From positions 1 through 64,000 of IMG/VR virus record IMGVR_UViG_3300037067_015270: DNA of 64,000 nt. One strand, written 5' to 3'. Positions within the stretch are counted from its first letter, which is position 1. Each line of letters starts with the position of its first letter. This stretch comes from a virus (Duplodnaviria; Caudoviricetes). Below, in pieces: positions 20,551 to 30,709 of the stretch. Under the pieces are notes generated by a model. It was given only the letters and a program-made list of their open reading frames with translations. It searched no databases and was not told the origin of the DNA. The translations under genes were made by a program, and so were the position numbers.

Positions 20551-20943
20551 ATGATGAGATTGTTATTGGAAATGGCATTCACGAGGAGTGCTTATAAAGA
20601 CCAATTAGAGCACAAACTGACCGGTGCTTTAATTCATTTCTACCAAATTGAATACGCAAGAACAAATGACAAACAGAAATGGATTAATCACTGGTCAACA
20701 GAATTGAAGCGGCTACTAGACGAGTTCCAGGCGCTTTTACTACACAGCATTAAGGGCAATTGGAATCGCGCCGTGGCTGCACGAGAAGTCATGATGGCGA
20801 TGCGCAAAAATAATAGTTATCGAATTGCCGCATACAACACAGTCTGCCGAGACTTCAAACAAAAATTCTCAAAAAGCCTTCCGGACCAATCTGCATCAAA
20901 ATTCTGGACCAAAGTAAACAACATCATATCAGATATAGGATAA
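20551..20943 (+). CDS. hypothetical protein (DUF29-like helical)
   Basis: GGAGG RBS; L.HF.....Y....W...W..EL pattern. Confidence 0.65.
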   Translation: MMRLLLEMAFTRSAYKDQLEHKLTGALIHFYQIEYARTNDKQKWINHWSTELKRLLDEFQALLLHSIKGNWNRAVAAREVMMAMRKNNSYRIAAYNTVCRDFKQKFSKSLPDQSASKFWTKVNNIISDIG

Positions 20944-20948
20944 GTAGT

Positions 20949-21146
20949 ATGCGTGTGCGTGATATTGCACCTACCGCCAAACTCATTCGAGACGATCGCA
21001 AAATTGTCGATGAACTTTGCGTATGCGGCTGTTTGAAATCGAATCACGATGGTCGCGATTGCGAACAGTTTGCGTGGGTTTCATTCAAATTGGAAGACGG
21101 AACTTTCTGGCCAGATCCATCGCCAATCGTACCAGAAACGAACTAG
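20949..21146 (+). CDS. hypothetical small Cys/His protein
   Basis: 65-aa ORF with CVCGCLKSNH. Confidence 0.55.
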   Translation: MRVRDIAPTAKLIRDDRKIVDELCVCGCLKSNHDGRDCEQFAWVSFKLEDGTFWPDPSPIVPETN

Positions 21147-21169
21147 AATGACCAACACGAAGAGAGATA

Positions 21170-21385
21170 ATGAGCCATCAAGCACTAACAGAATCGTATA
21201 AACGGGGATATAAAGATGGGTTAAACAAAGACTGCGCTGCTTGCAGCTACCCATGTGGGAAACCTTCCTGCTCATACTTTGATGGGTTTCACGATGGGTT
21301 GCGTAAGGCGAACCCCGATATGAGCGAAGAAGAATTCGCTGAATTATACAGATTTTTGACAAATCCATATCGCGGCATGAACTAG
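21170..21385 (+). CDS. hypothetical protein
   Basis: 71-aa ORF in a tight operon. Confidence 0.55.
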   Translation: MSHQALTESYKRGYKDGLNKDCAACSYPCGKPSCSYFDGFHDGLRKANPDMSEEEFAELYRFLTNPYRGMN

Positions 21386-21386
21386 A

Positions 21387-21854
21387 ATGACCAAACACGA
21401 AGAAAACCTAAAACAATATGTCGAACAAGTAGCTCAATTACAGCGCGGCCTACACGCTAGTAATTGGCTGTATCGTGGCGTCGAGGACATCGTATCGAAA
21501 ATTGGTAGGTTTGATATCACAAGATCGCTACCAACAGGTATTAAGCGTGGCAGGGCTAGATTGTGTTTCATGAATGCGTTTAGACTCATGAACAACAAAG
21601 GCTACACTTATGTCGAAGGTATAGCCATGCCAGCGAATACACTTTTCCCAGTACATCATGCTTGGTGCGTCGACGAGTTCAATCACGTCATCGACCCCAC
21701 ATGGATCGATGGTGCAGCATATTTCGGTGTACACTTAAATAAATCGTTCGTCTATCAAAGAGCATTGCGAAGCAAAAAGTATGGCATATTCGGTGACATT
21801 GATGCATTCGATTTATATGAAAATGGCTTACCACAAAACGCAATACAACCATGA
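21387..21854 (+). CDS. hypothetical protein with Cys-His-Asp (transglutaminase-like) triad
   Basis: CFMNA...YVEG.A...HHAWCVD....IDPTW. Confidence 0.6.
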   Translation: MTKHEENLKQYVEQVAQLQRGLHASNWLYRGVEDIVSKIGRFDITRSLPTGIKRGRARLCFMNAFRLMNNKGYTYVEGIAMPANTLFPVHHAWCVDEFNHVIDPTWIDGAAYFGVHLNKSFVYQRALRSKKYGIFGDIDAFDLYENGLPQNAIQP

Positions 21855-22117
21855 ACATCTATTTCGAAATCAGAATCAAAGCCGGTGTCTTTTCAGTGCA
21901 ATTCAATGGAGGAAACTTTTATTCATTCTTGCCGTTCTCCAAAAGATTCGGTGACGAAAAGTTAGCGAGAGAACTCTTGGCAGATCTGCAGATGAGACTA
22001 TCAGACCATCGCAGCCTGTTTGATTTCCTGCAAAAGAACTTTGGGTACGAAGAATTCGACGTTTGTAATCTGGGCATCGACGGTCTATTCAAAATCACAG
22101 AGGAGAAGTTGAAATAA
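21851..22117 (+). CDS. hypothetical protein
   Basis: 88-aa ORF with ATGA overlap. Confidence 0.6.
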   Translation: MNIYFEIRIKAGVFSVQFNGGNFYSFLPFSKRFGDEKLARELLADLQMRLSDHRSLFDFLQKNFGYEEFDVCNLGIDGLFKITEEKLK

Positions 22118-22320
22118 TGGACGACTTAATCACTGCGTTGACGATTTTCCGGAAGTATGGTAATCCGCAATACCCAACACACTGCAACCATGACGAACTA
22201 AACGTTGCAATTACACCGTCACTTGTGTCGCCAGAAGACCTCAAAAAGCTAGAAGAGTTGAGCTTCACACCAGATTCCTATGGCGATGGATTCTGCTCAA
22301 CACGATTCGGTTCTTGCTAA
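22117..22320 (+). CDS. hypothetical phage protein
   Basis: 67-aa ORF with TAATG overlap. Confidence 0.65.
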   Translation: MDDLITALTIFRKYGNPQYPTHCNHDELNVAITPSLVSPEDLKKLEELSFTPDSYGDGFCSTRFGSC

Positions 22321-22345
22321 TTGCTATGAAGAAGAGAAAGAAAAG

Positions 22346-23422
22346 ATGAAAGCTCTATTCGTTGTTGGAACATTCAATGATGTTGGTGGTTGGCCTTCGG
22401 CATATGGAGATGCGCTGATCGGCTACATCATCTCCAATGGACAGTTCGAAAGCCACAAGTCATTCAATGGTGGCAAATTCGACGATCTAGTCGGCATCGA
22501 TTTCACAAAATTCGATACCATTTTTTGGTTCGCTAACGTTCCGAACGATAAGCCGAAGTTGGTCAGAGAAATCAAGAAAATTAATCCGACCTGCATGTTG
22601 ATCACATCCAAGCGCAACGATGGGTATAAGTATAGTTGTTTAGAACTGATCGCCAGAGCGTTGCAGACGAAAAGTAATTTGTTGGTGGAGCTCATCATGC
22701 ATAACGAAGGCGTAGACGCTAACCTCCTCGATCCTCTTGGCAATTGCTTTATTAGAGCGGCCCATGACCCGAAACAATTAGCCTTAGCGATTTTGGGTAG
22801 GTTGAACCAACTTCGCAAATTCACAAGAAAACCAAGCATACAAATCGGCGAGGCAATACCGATTACTGGTCTAAATGAAGAAACCGAAGAGTTCATGGTA
22901 TTGGTTAAGATGCATGCTGCGAAGTTCCATCAGTTGATACACGCTCCGACTAGTAGATTCTTGGGTAATGCCTCATTTAGATGTGAGAGTGGATTTCCGT
23001 CATTTCGTGGCAAAGGCAAAATCTATGTCACGAGAAGGAATATCGATAAACGAAACCTCGGTATTAATAGCTTCGTTGCTGTCGAAGACACACCGGAACA
23101 CGTCAGTTATTATGGCGACGACAAGCCTTCTGTTGATACACCGATCCAGCTGGCCCTGTATAAAACCCTTCCCAGAATCAATTTTATGATTCACAGCCAC
23201 GCCTACATCTATGGTGCACCGATGACCAAGAAGATCATTCCGTGTGGTGTATTAGAAGAAATTGAAGAAATTCTTTGGGCGATTCCTGATGGCGATTTGA
23301 ACTGGTTTTTCGTAAATTTACTTGGACATGGTAGCATTTGTGCTGGTGTGCAGAGCCGTATGTTAGGGAATGTCAAATACTACGCGCGAGAAGTGCCGGA
23401 ATTGAACAGAATAGAAATATGA
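22346..23422 (+). CDS. protein with C-terminal class II aldolase/adducin-like domain
   Basis: KPSVDTPIQLALYKTLPRINFMIHSH...LLGHG. Confidence 0.7.
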   Translation: MKALFVVGTFNDVGGWPSAYGDALIGYIISNGQFESHKSFNGGKFDDLVGIDFTKFDTIFWFANVPNDKPKLVREIKKINPTCMLITSKRNDGYKYSCLELIARALQTKSNLLVELIMHNEGVDANLLDPLGNCFIRAAHDPKQLALAILGRLNQLRKFTRKPSIQIGEAIPITGLNEETEEFMVLVKMHAAKFHQLIHAPTSRFLGNASFRCESGFPSFRGKGKIYVTRRNIDKRNLGINSFVAVEDTPEHVSYYGDDKPSVDTPIQLALYKTLPRINFMIHSHAYIYGAPMTKKIIPCGVLEEIEEILWAIPDGDLNWFFVNLLGHGSICAGVQSRMLGNVKYYAREVPELNRIEI

Positions 23423-23493
23423 AATTATTTGCTCATATCACATTGCTATGACTGTTGGTGTGAATTTGATCAGGTTATTAACTACTTAAATTC

Positions 23494-23642
23494 GGGGTCG
23501 GCAGGTGCGACACGTCAATCGAAAGCTAACAGTATTGGTCCAGCCGTCCGCGCAACGGCCAGTGCAATACATGATCCGGTTTAGGCTAGGATTTTTAGGC
23601 ATACCGAAGGCGTGATTATGGGTTCGACTCCCATCGACTCCC
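23494..23642 (+). ncRNA. minimal tmRNA-like RNA (~149 nt)
   Basis: Acceptor stem GGGGTCG/CGACTCC with G3-U70; T-arm ATGGG-TTCGACT-CCCAT; 5' GG..CGAC motif; helix CACGTC/GGCGTG; internal frame GCT AAC...TAG. Confidence 0.65.
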
Positions 23643-23656
23643 GCTGTGACGACATA

Positions 23657-23986
23657 TTGCGAGATTGCGTAAAGTGCGGCTTTTGCTGCAAACAAGGGCC
23701 GTGTCCGTATGGTGAATGGGACGAAGAGAAACATCAGTGTGTTTTTCTGGAAGAACAACCTGATAGGACGTACTTGTGCAGCAGATATATAGAAATCGTC
23801 GCTCATGTAGAAAAGTTCGAAAATAAGAATGACTGCCCTGCTTTTGGTGGTGGCTGTAGCTCGACGCTGTTTAACAAGGACCGTAATGAAATTATTGCTA
23901 AGATTTTGGAATGTGCTACCACGCCAATGGTGGGTCAAAGAAGGTCATTGGTGCAAAACGACTTGGAAATACGTTCTGACAGGTAA
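23657..23986 (+). CDS. Cys-cluster protein (YkgJ/CxxCxxCC-like)
   Basis: CVKCGFCC...CVFL...CSRY; start codon uncertain. Confidence 0.55.
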   Translation: MRDCVKCGFCCKQGPCPYGEWDEEKHQCVFLEEQPDRTYLCSRYIEIVAHVEKFENKNDCPAFGGGCSSTLFNKDRNEIIAKILECATTPMVGQRRSLVQNDLEIRSDR

Positions 23987-24019
23987 ACACATAGGTCAAG
24001 CTATCAGGTTAGGTAGGTC

Positions 24020-24205
24020 ATGAGTAAGAGACGTCTGATATTGATTTACGCTCTTTGGGTCTTTATCGCATTTTGGGTGGTTGTGCGAATATCATTGCTT
24101 TTAGCAGTTTATCATTATGAAAATGGACTTCTGAAACTCGACAAACCACAAATAGTTGATAAGAAGTTAGTCGAACGAGTTAAGAAACACTATAATTTAC
24201 CATAA
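24020..24205 (+). CDS. small membrane protein
   Basis: N-terminal hydrophobic helix. Confidence 0.55.
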   Translation: MSKRRLILIYALWVFIAFWVVVRISLLLAVYHYENGLLKLDKPQIVDKKLVERVKKHYNLP

Positions 24206-24224
24206 AACATAGAGGATTAGAATC

Positions 24225-24656
24225 ATGCCATTATCAGTCGATCAACTCATATCCATATACATCAATAAAGCTGGTAGAGTAAATTCTCACTTTACCGTTG
24301 AATTCAAAAAAGCATCAGATGAAACCAAAAAAGCTGTGCTTGAAAGGATTCAACTTTTGGGTTTAAAATCATACCAGACGAGGCCAGATAAAAAGCGAGA
24401 GCCATCCAAAATAATGCTTCTTCGCACATTACTAAAACAGGTGGCGGATGATAAAGAAAAGGCACGTGTTTGGTTCGAAACCGTAAAATCTGCTGAGCGT
24501 TATTACCGCAAACAATTGGAAGCACTAGAAAACGCGGATAGATGTAGTTATCGTAGGAAGGTAGAGGAATTAAATACAGGTGCTGCAGGCCCAATCCAAA
24601 TTGCGGAGCACAATAATCTAGTAGCAGACAGCATAGAATCAAGGCTTAGCCACTAG
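24225..24656 (+). CDS. hypothetical protein
   Basis: 143-aa ORF with GAGG RBS. Confidence 0.6.
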   Translation: MPLSVDQLISIYINKAGRVNSHFTVEFKKASDETKKAVLERIQLLGLKSYQTRPDKKREPSKIMLLRTLLKQVADDKEKARVWFETVKSAERYYRKQLEALENADRCSYRRKVEELNTGAAGPIQIAEHNNLVADSIESRLSH

Positions 24657-24930
24657 ACACTTGCCATGATGTGCTGCACGGAGGACATCGCCGGAGACAA
24701 TCTTGAACGCATTCGCGGTCCGGTGGGCACGGACAGTCTTCGGTATGTAAATGGAAGTCCTGTTGTTTGCAATTAGTCCATGGGGACTGTCGATTGACAC
24801 ATCTGCCCTCTAATTGCACTTGCTCATTGATCGCCTGAACCCACGCTTGTTGAATCAAGGTTATAACTTCTGCAGACGAATACATTCTGCCGTCAACGAT
24901 ATATTCTTTGATGAATTGGTCATATGTCAT
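24646..24930 (-). CDS. hypothetical Cys-rich protein
   Basis: 94-aa ORF with AAGGA RBS. Confidence 0.55.
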   Translation of the reverse strand: MTYDQFIKEYIVDGRMYSSAEVITLIQQAWVQAINEQVQLEGRCVNRQSPWTNCKQQDFHLHTEDCPCPPDRECVQDCLRRCPPCSTSWQVSSG

Positions 24931-25015
24931 AATATCATCCTTTCATTAATTTTCGTCGGAGGTTGGTCAAGTATTTGATGAACAGTATCCATAAACACGA
25001 AATAGTAGGATTATA

Positions 25016-25240
25016 ATGATTCAGGACAATGGCGGGGATGTTAGTGTTAATTATGTCACGGCAAAAGCTAATATTCATGAAGCAGGTAGCTGGGATGAAA
25101 TGATGAAATTCATCATAGATAGCCGCCCGATTGTTGTTTATCAGTTCTGGATCGATACCATCGATAAAATAGACACTTATAAAATGCTCTTTAGTAAAGT
25201 GATACCAGCACCAGACAATTATATATCATCAGAGGTCTAA
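25016..25240 (+). CDS. hypothetical protein
   Basis: 74-aa ORF with AGGA RBS. Confidence 0.55.
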   Translation: MIQDNGGDVSVNYVTAKANIHEAGSWDEMMKFIIDSRPIVVYQFWIDTIDKIDTYKMLFSKVIPAPDNYISSEV

Positions 25241-25489
25241 CTCAGATTCCAATTCATCTAATGATATTGGAAGCCAACCATCTTCACTCTCTGTGAATAA
25301 ATATTCCTCATTGCTAGCCAGTATCTCTTCAAACATGTCTTCTGTGATGATGACGCCACGGTGCGAGCAATAATTTCTGAACCCATTTAACTTGATATTG
25401 TCAACGGACGCCACATAGTTATTGAACAATGTTTGTAACTGTATATCAGCATCCTCGCATATCGTGCTAGCTATTCTCGATATATCCAT
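25229..25489 (-). CDS. hypothetical acidic protein
   Basis: 86-aa ORF with GGAG RBS. Confidence 0.6.
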   Translation of the reverse strand: MDISRIASTICEDADIQLQTLFNNYVASVDNIKLNGFRNYCSHRGVIITEDMFEEILASNEEYLFTESEDGWLPISLDELESELDL

Positions 25490-25569
25490 TAAAATCTCCG
25501 TATCGGATCACAATATATTTGCTATGAAAGATACTAGGTTAGTACATACGTCGAAGGAAATAACCAAGT

Positions 25570-28500
25570 ATGCAAACGAATCCTCATATTCCGAGCTTTG
25601 TCCTGCTGCCCGTCAACAATAATCGTACAGCTTGGCGTAATTTTGGATTACCGATGATTTTGATGGAGACAGATCGCAGAGATTTGTCTGGTGCATCCAT
25701 AGCTAATTCCGAAGTAATTGTTCAAAATTGCGATTGTGGTAGTTGCACTGAATATGACTGTATGGGCGTTAAAACGACCACTTGTAATGAATATTGTAGT
25801 GGTGCTGCTATAAGGATCGTTATCGAGGACGTCCCACATAAAGCATTAGTTGTCGGACAAATACCTATAGGTCTTATGTCTCCGGACCACGAAATATTCG
25901 CCAAAAACATATCAATGTCAGAGATGATTAGTAGAATGATACATCCTGAGATGCAAACATTCTATACAATCACAGGAGTTGATAATAACGGTAATCAAAT
26001 ATTAACACCGATCGATTATGCCGATGCTGTCGGCGGTGATTTAATGCAGTATACGACAGCTTCTGGGTCTGTCGGAAACATAGCATATTATCCCACTGCC
26101 AACTATTACGATCTAAGTGATATCACAATCGAAACTGATCAACTTCCGCCCGACTGGTACAACTTAACTTATCAAGCAGAATATTATAGCAGAATTGAAA
26201 GCCAATCGACACCAGGACAATTAAATTGTATCGACATAACTAGAAAAGCCACTTCTGTTTATCGTTTCAGATTAAATCACCCCGGCCAGGTCATGGAGGA
26301 AACTGTTAGGTTGACTCCAGCACCATACCTGACAAGCAATAAGAAAAGTGAAGATACGACGATTGAATTTTATCGTCCTTTTACCGATATTCTCCAAGAC
26401 ATATTCGATGAACAATATTTATTAGGAAGTGTAAATTGGGTAGACTTCATTACTCCACAATATGTCCCTTATTTATGTTATCTACTTGGCCTAGACTTAC
26501 CATATTATCCTCAGAGCTTATATAGATTACGTAAGACTATGCTTCGGAATGTCGTACGTCTTCAACAGCTCAAGGGGTCAAGAAATGCTATTTATGATTT
26601 GTTCGAATTGTTTGGATATATCGTTTATGTTAATAAACTGTATTGGTCTGCTGATGGTAAGCGTTTGATACGACCGGGCGAAAAATTGCCACCAGCTTAC
26701 TCAGACCAAGAAATTGTAATTGAAGAGAAATGCCAAATCGAACCTGTTTTGGTCGGATATAATACGAGCGGATTCGGAGAATTGACAATACCTTTGCTTT
26801 ACCGCCCGATATATACAGAAGAGAATCAAGGGATAGTTAATATCGTACGTGGTGGTGATATCACATTAAACGCCTATCTAGTGAGAAAGAATGCCATCGG
26901 TGTTGGTACGGTATCAACGTATAACACAACAACACTCACTGGAATAGGAACAACATTTTTAACAGATTTTGTTGTTGGAGATACGATTACTGTTACTGGT
27001 GAAACATCGAGGATAATCTCGTCAATCGTCAGCGATACAACATTAGTCGTAACTTCTGCTTTCCAAAATACTACTATCAATACAACTTATACTCATATTA
27101 GCAAGACCTACAAAAAATTAGAAGAAATATCGTGCAGTATAGGTATAGCTACCACCAATTGCAATAACAACCCAGGTAATTATGCTGATTGCGAAATGCC
27201 AACTATACCAACCGATGGTTTAGATAGTTGGTCTCAGGTTGTGATTGATGAATCGACTAATACGGGAAACCCAGTTAAAGACTATTCAACGGGCAGCCAG
27301 CCTCCTTTTATATATAGTGGTGTTAGTATAGACAGGAAAGCCAACTTATTATATTTAACATTTAATGGTGCTATTCAATTTGATGACAAGTATGGCCTAC
27401 AAGGTACAAATGCGCCAGATAGTGAATTGTTATTGTACGCTTTCGCAACTTACAATCGCGAAAATCTAGTGGTACCAGATAAAATATCAAACCTATATAG
27501 CAACAGGTTTGATATTCAATTATTAACACAAAACGGAGAACAAATAGGTAGTGACGTTTTAGAGTTCTTAATCGATTATTTGTTCAAAATCAAGGCGTTT
27601 CATTCATTATTGAACGTTCTTATCTATCACGCCAATCTAAACGAAACTTACCAAGTTACTCCGTTTTGCGTTGGTGGCGATGTAGAACAACGGTATGATG
27701 TTGATGCTGGTAAGCTACAGGTCCCGCCAGCAATTATTCCACACATACCTGTTAATGACTGTTCTATTGATCCATCTGATCTTGGTTATAAACCAGAGGA
27801 TATAGCATTACGCAAGAAGATATTAGATAATCTTCCAGAAGAATTCCAAGCTTGGGTTAATACAACACAATATATGCAGCAGAAAGCTGTAATTGGAGCA
27901 ACAGGTCCAGTATATATCGATCGAGATGTCACACAAATTGGTGATGAACGATTAGCTCCAACTTTACCATCTGATGATACAGATTGTAAATTTACATATC
28001 GCGGTCAAAATCGCTTAGTACCCGGCACCGATACAGAAAATGGTGATGTGGTATATGATCCAACACCTTTTTCTAATGCTGAAAGCATAGCTAGTCAATC
28101 TAACACTGACTTATCACCAATTACTGATGGCGTGCACGGCGTTTTTTACCCTACTGGTGCTGGTGCGTCTTCAAATAATGATAGTTCTGAGTACGGCCCT
28201 TTTAGTAGAGAATATTCTACACCACCAAGTAATTTTTGTAAATTAGATGGAATATCCGATTATTGCTATAAAGGACGTGTAGAAGATGAACTGTTACGCA
28301 AAATGACTCTGGTGAGTTCAGAACAATATCAAGCTACAATGTGTAAACTCAGCTTCGGAAATGGCATTTATTACGCATTTCCGGCGACTTCTGAGCTGAC
28401 AAATTCCATACAAGGACCAGCGTTAACGCAACCATACCAATCGCCGCTAGTTCCAGCAAACAACAGTTTTCTAGGTAGATTGTTGAGAGCGTATGATACT

Positions 28501-29826
28501 GTTCAAGGTGAAAACATCCATTTCACAAATCGGTCATACTTAACAAATGGCATTTCTGGTGAGAAGAATTTATTAGCACTACAAAGGTCGAGTTTGGGAA
28601 TTCAAGTTCCGTTAATGCATTTTCCTGGAACGAGGTTCGCCACACTCAATAAATTAGAGTTAGATTTTACCCACCCACAATGGAACGCAAAGCCGTGGGA
28701 TGACAAATACAGTACCAATTGTGGACCATATAATCAACCGTGTGGCCATCCAACCTATCTAAATGCAATACTGGTAAGCGATACTAATGGCAACCAACAT
28801 CTAATATTCGATGATGCACCTTTCACGATAACCGCTAATGGATTGCAACCTGATATCCCTAGTTTCGGTTCTCATATCTTAGGAACAAATAGCGTTTTTA
28901 GTGATAGCGATGTAGTACATGCCATTTATTCAAATCAACAAAATGGCAATCCAGCCATAACATTGGAGTCAATGACGCCACCACCAAGAACAACCACTTC
29001 ACATGCCGAGGATTACGTTCTTGGTGGTATAACTTGGGCTTACGATTACACTTTCAATTCGATACCAACCATAACTATCGGTATCGAATTGAAAACGTTG
29101 GCTGACAATATCTATACTCTATCTGCTAAGATTATTACAGTAACAGAAACGTCTGTTGTAGTCAAAGTCTACAAATCTGTTCTCGATGGGCCGGCTGACG
29201 TATTATTTAGTGAGTGTGCAACAGATGATGTCGTGGTTCATCTCAAAGCATGTGCAGCTGATAGCATAATAAGTGTAGCAGACAATCCTCTCTTCTCGAC
29301 TGCTAGTCTATGTCATTCTACAGCACCATATTATATTGATTATATTGATGGGTACCCGTCGTCATTTGGGTATCAACCGTACATCCAATATGATTTTGAT
29401 AGGTCTGGAACTAGGACAGAACTATTCGATGCCCTAGGAATAGACCGATCTGTCCCTACTGGTACAGACATATTATTCTACTTCATTAGTGGAATATCAT
29501 ACCAAACAGGATATAGAGCAGATTGTGGTTGTTCAGCTTTGGTATGCAATCAAGAAATAACAGCCACGACAATCGATATTCTTCAATGCTCGCTTGATAA
29601 TTATAAAAATGGTGCCCTTCCATTCACGTTTACCGATGGTGTAACAAGATATGGTTATGATTATAACCCAGACAAAGTATCAACAGACATCACGCTATAC
29701 GCCGAAGAAAAGATTGGAGTGTGCGATATTGCTTTTGACGGACAACTTGTTTGGGACGAACAACAACAATCCTATCGCCAAATGAACACATTTGAGCTTT
29801 GCGCTGGCTTCCCTACATGTTCATAA
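25570..29826 (+). CDS. 1418-aa baseplate wedge/tail protein (P2 gpI-like domain)
   Basis: PYLCYLLGLDL...RNVVRLQQLKGSRNAIYDLFELFG...IKAFH signature of baseplate wedge proteins. Confidence 0.7.
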   Translation: MQTNPHIPSFVLLPVNNNRTAWRNFGLPMILMETDRRDLSGASIANSEVIVQNCDCGSCTEYDCMGVKTTTCNEYCSGAAIRIVIEDVPHKALVVGQIPIGLMSPDHEIFAKNISMSEMISRMIHPEMQTFYTITGVDNNGNQILTPIDYADAVGGDLMQYTTASGSVGNIAYYPTANYYDLSDITIETDQLPPDWYNLTYQAEYYSRIESQSTPGQLNCIDITRKATSVYRFRLNHPGQVMEETVRLTPAPYLTSNKKSEDTTIEFYRPFTDILQDIFDEQYLLGSVNWVDFITPQYVPYLCYLLGLDLPYYPQSLYRLRKTMLRNVVRLQQLKGSRNAIYDLFELFGYIVYVNKLYWSADGKRLIRPGEKLPPAYSDQEIVIEEKCQIEPVLVGYNTSGFGELTIPLLYRPIYTEENQGIVNIVRGGDITLNAYLVRKNAIGVGTVSTYNTTTLTGIGTTFLTDFVVGDTITVTGETSRIISSIVSDTTLVVTSAFQNTTINTTYTHISKTYKKLEEISCSIGIATTNCNNNPGNYADCEMPTIPTDGLDSWSQVVIDESTNTGNPVKDYSTGSQPPFIYSGVSIDRKANLLYLTFNGAIQFDDKYGLQGTNAPDSELLLYAFATYNRENLVVPDKISNLYSNRFDIQLLTQNGEQIGSDVLEFLIDYLFKIKAFHSLLNVLIYHANLNETYQVTPFCVGGDVEQRYDVDAGKLQVPPAIIPHIPVNDCSIDPSDLGYKPEDIALRKKILDNLPEEFQAWVNTTQYMQQKAVIGATGPVYIDRDVTQIGDERLAPTLPSDDTDCKFTYRGQNRLVPGTDTENGDVVYDPTPFSNAESIASQSNTDLSPITDGVHGVFYPTGAGASSNNDSSEYGPFSREYSTPPSNFCKLDGISDYCYKGRVEDELLRKMTLVSSEQYQATMCKLSFGNGIYYAFPATSELTNSIQGPALTQPYQSPLVPANNSFLGRLLRAYDTVQGENIHFTNRSYLTNGISGEKNLLALQRSSLGIQVPLMHFPGTRFATLNKLELDFTHPQWNAKPWDDKYSTNCGPYNQPCGHPTYLNAILVSDTNGNQHLIFDDAPFTITANGLQPDIPSFGSHILGTNSVFSDSDVVHAIYSNQQNGNPAITLESMTPPPRTTTSHAEDYVLGGITWAYDYTFNSIPTITIGIELKTLADNIYTLSAKIITVTETSVVVKVYKSVLDGPADVLFSECATDDVVVHLKACAADSIISVADNPLFSTASLCHSTAPYYIDYIDGYPSSFGYQPYIQYDFDRSGTRTELFDALGIDRSVPTGTDILFYFISGISYQTGYRADCGCSALVCNQEITATTIDILQCSLDNYKNGALPFTFTDGVTRYGYDYNPDKVSTDITLYAEEKIGVCDIAFDGQLVWDEQQQSYRQMNTFELCAGFPTCS

Positions 29827-29873
29827 TTAGGAACTAATAGTGTAATCAAATTTACAGTATTGGAGGACATCAC

Positions 29874-30353
29874 ATGGCAGCGGCTAATAGTGTAGTTGGT
29901 TTTCTTTCTGGGGTGGTCGCTTACGCGAATAACGACATTGGTAACTTTCATTGCCAAATCGAATCTCCAGACCTCGTAAATGTTTTAGTTTGGAGCGTCG
30001 ATGAAGATAACAGTCGTATCGCTACCGGCGACATGTATAATATAGAATGGTATTATCCGCTCGCCAACCTCATCGCTGGAATTGGATTATCCGAGGGATT
30101 TACCTGGATAAGTGTTGCACCAGCTGTTGCCAAAGAAATCAATGATGTTGTGATACATCTGAATCTTACTTTCACACTGGACGATAACACAACAGTTCCG
30201 ATTTCAATAACGTACGAGCGAGACACAACAACCAGTCATTCCACGACTACGCCATTGACAAGCCTGCCGACTAACATTGAAACTATGATATCGGCTTTGA
30301 CGCTGATGATTGACAAAGCAGTATTAGCTTGCACTTTCCATCCGCTCACCTAA
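29874..30353 (+). CDS. hypothetical (likely virion) protein
   Basis: 159-aa ORF with GGAGG RBS. Confidence 0.65.
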   Translation: MAAANSVVGFLSGVVAYANNDIGNFHCQIESPDLVNVLVWSVDEDNSRIATGDMYNIEWYYPLANLIAGIGLSEGFTWISVAPAVAKEINDVVIHLNLTFTLDDNTTVPISITYERDTTTSHSTTTPLTSLPTNIETMISALTLMIDKAVLACTFHPLT

Positions 30354-30359
30354 TCTGAA

Positions 30360-30403
30360 ACCGAAAGAGCCAGGGCGAAAAATATCGACCTGGCTCTTTC
30401 GGT
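30360..30403. terminator. 15-bp inverted repeat between convergent genes
   Basis: ACCGAAAGAGCCAGG / CCTGGCTCTTTCGGT. Confidence 0.7.
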
Positions 30404-30412
30404 ATTATCCTA

Positions 30413-30688
30413 TCAAATCAACAACCCATGGAGGTCGCAAATGGGCCGTATGATTTTCAAATCACGTATGTCGAATGGGTAACGGCCATGCTCGTCGATC
30501 TTAACTTCTGATAACCCTGGTATTGATACTATTCGGCTAATCGATAGAAATGGGGCTTCGCCAACAACATGGATCAGATAATAACTATCACTGAAAACTT
30601 TTCTGTGATCATTGCCCACATCGACCGCTAGGTATACCCCAAACCTTAATTCTTCGATGTCGCTCTGAATAGTGTTTCCAAGTAGCAT
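30413..30688 (-). CDS. hypothetical protein
   Basis: 91-aa ORF with AAGGA RBS. Confidence 0.6.
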   Translation of the reverse strand: MLLGNTIQSDIEELRFGVYLAVDVGNDHRKVFSDSYYLIHVVGEAPFLSISRIVSIPGLSEVKIDEHGRYPFDIRDLKIIRPICDLHGLLI

Positions 30689-30709
30689 ATTATCCTTTCA
30701 GCAATCCAG

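Noticed and set aside
23494-23642. Ordinary tRNA
   Set aside because: No D-stem or anticodon arm at canonical spacing and too long; a tmRNA-type domain fits better
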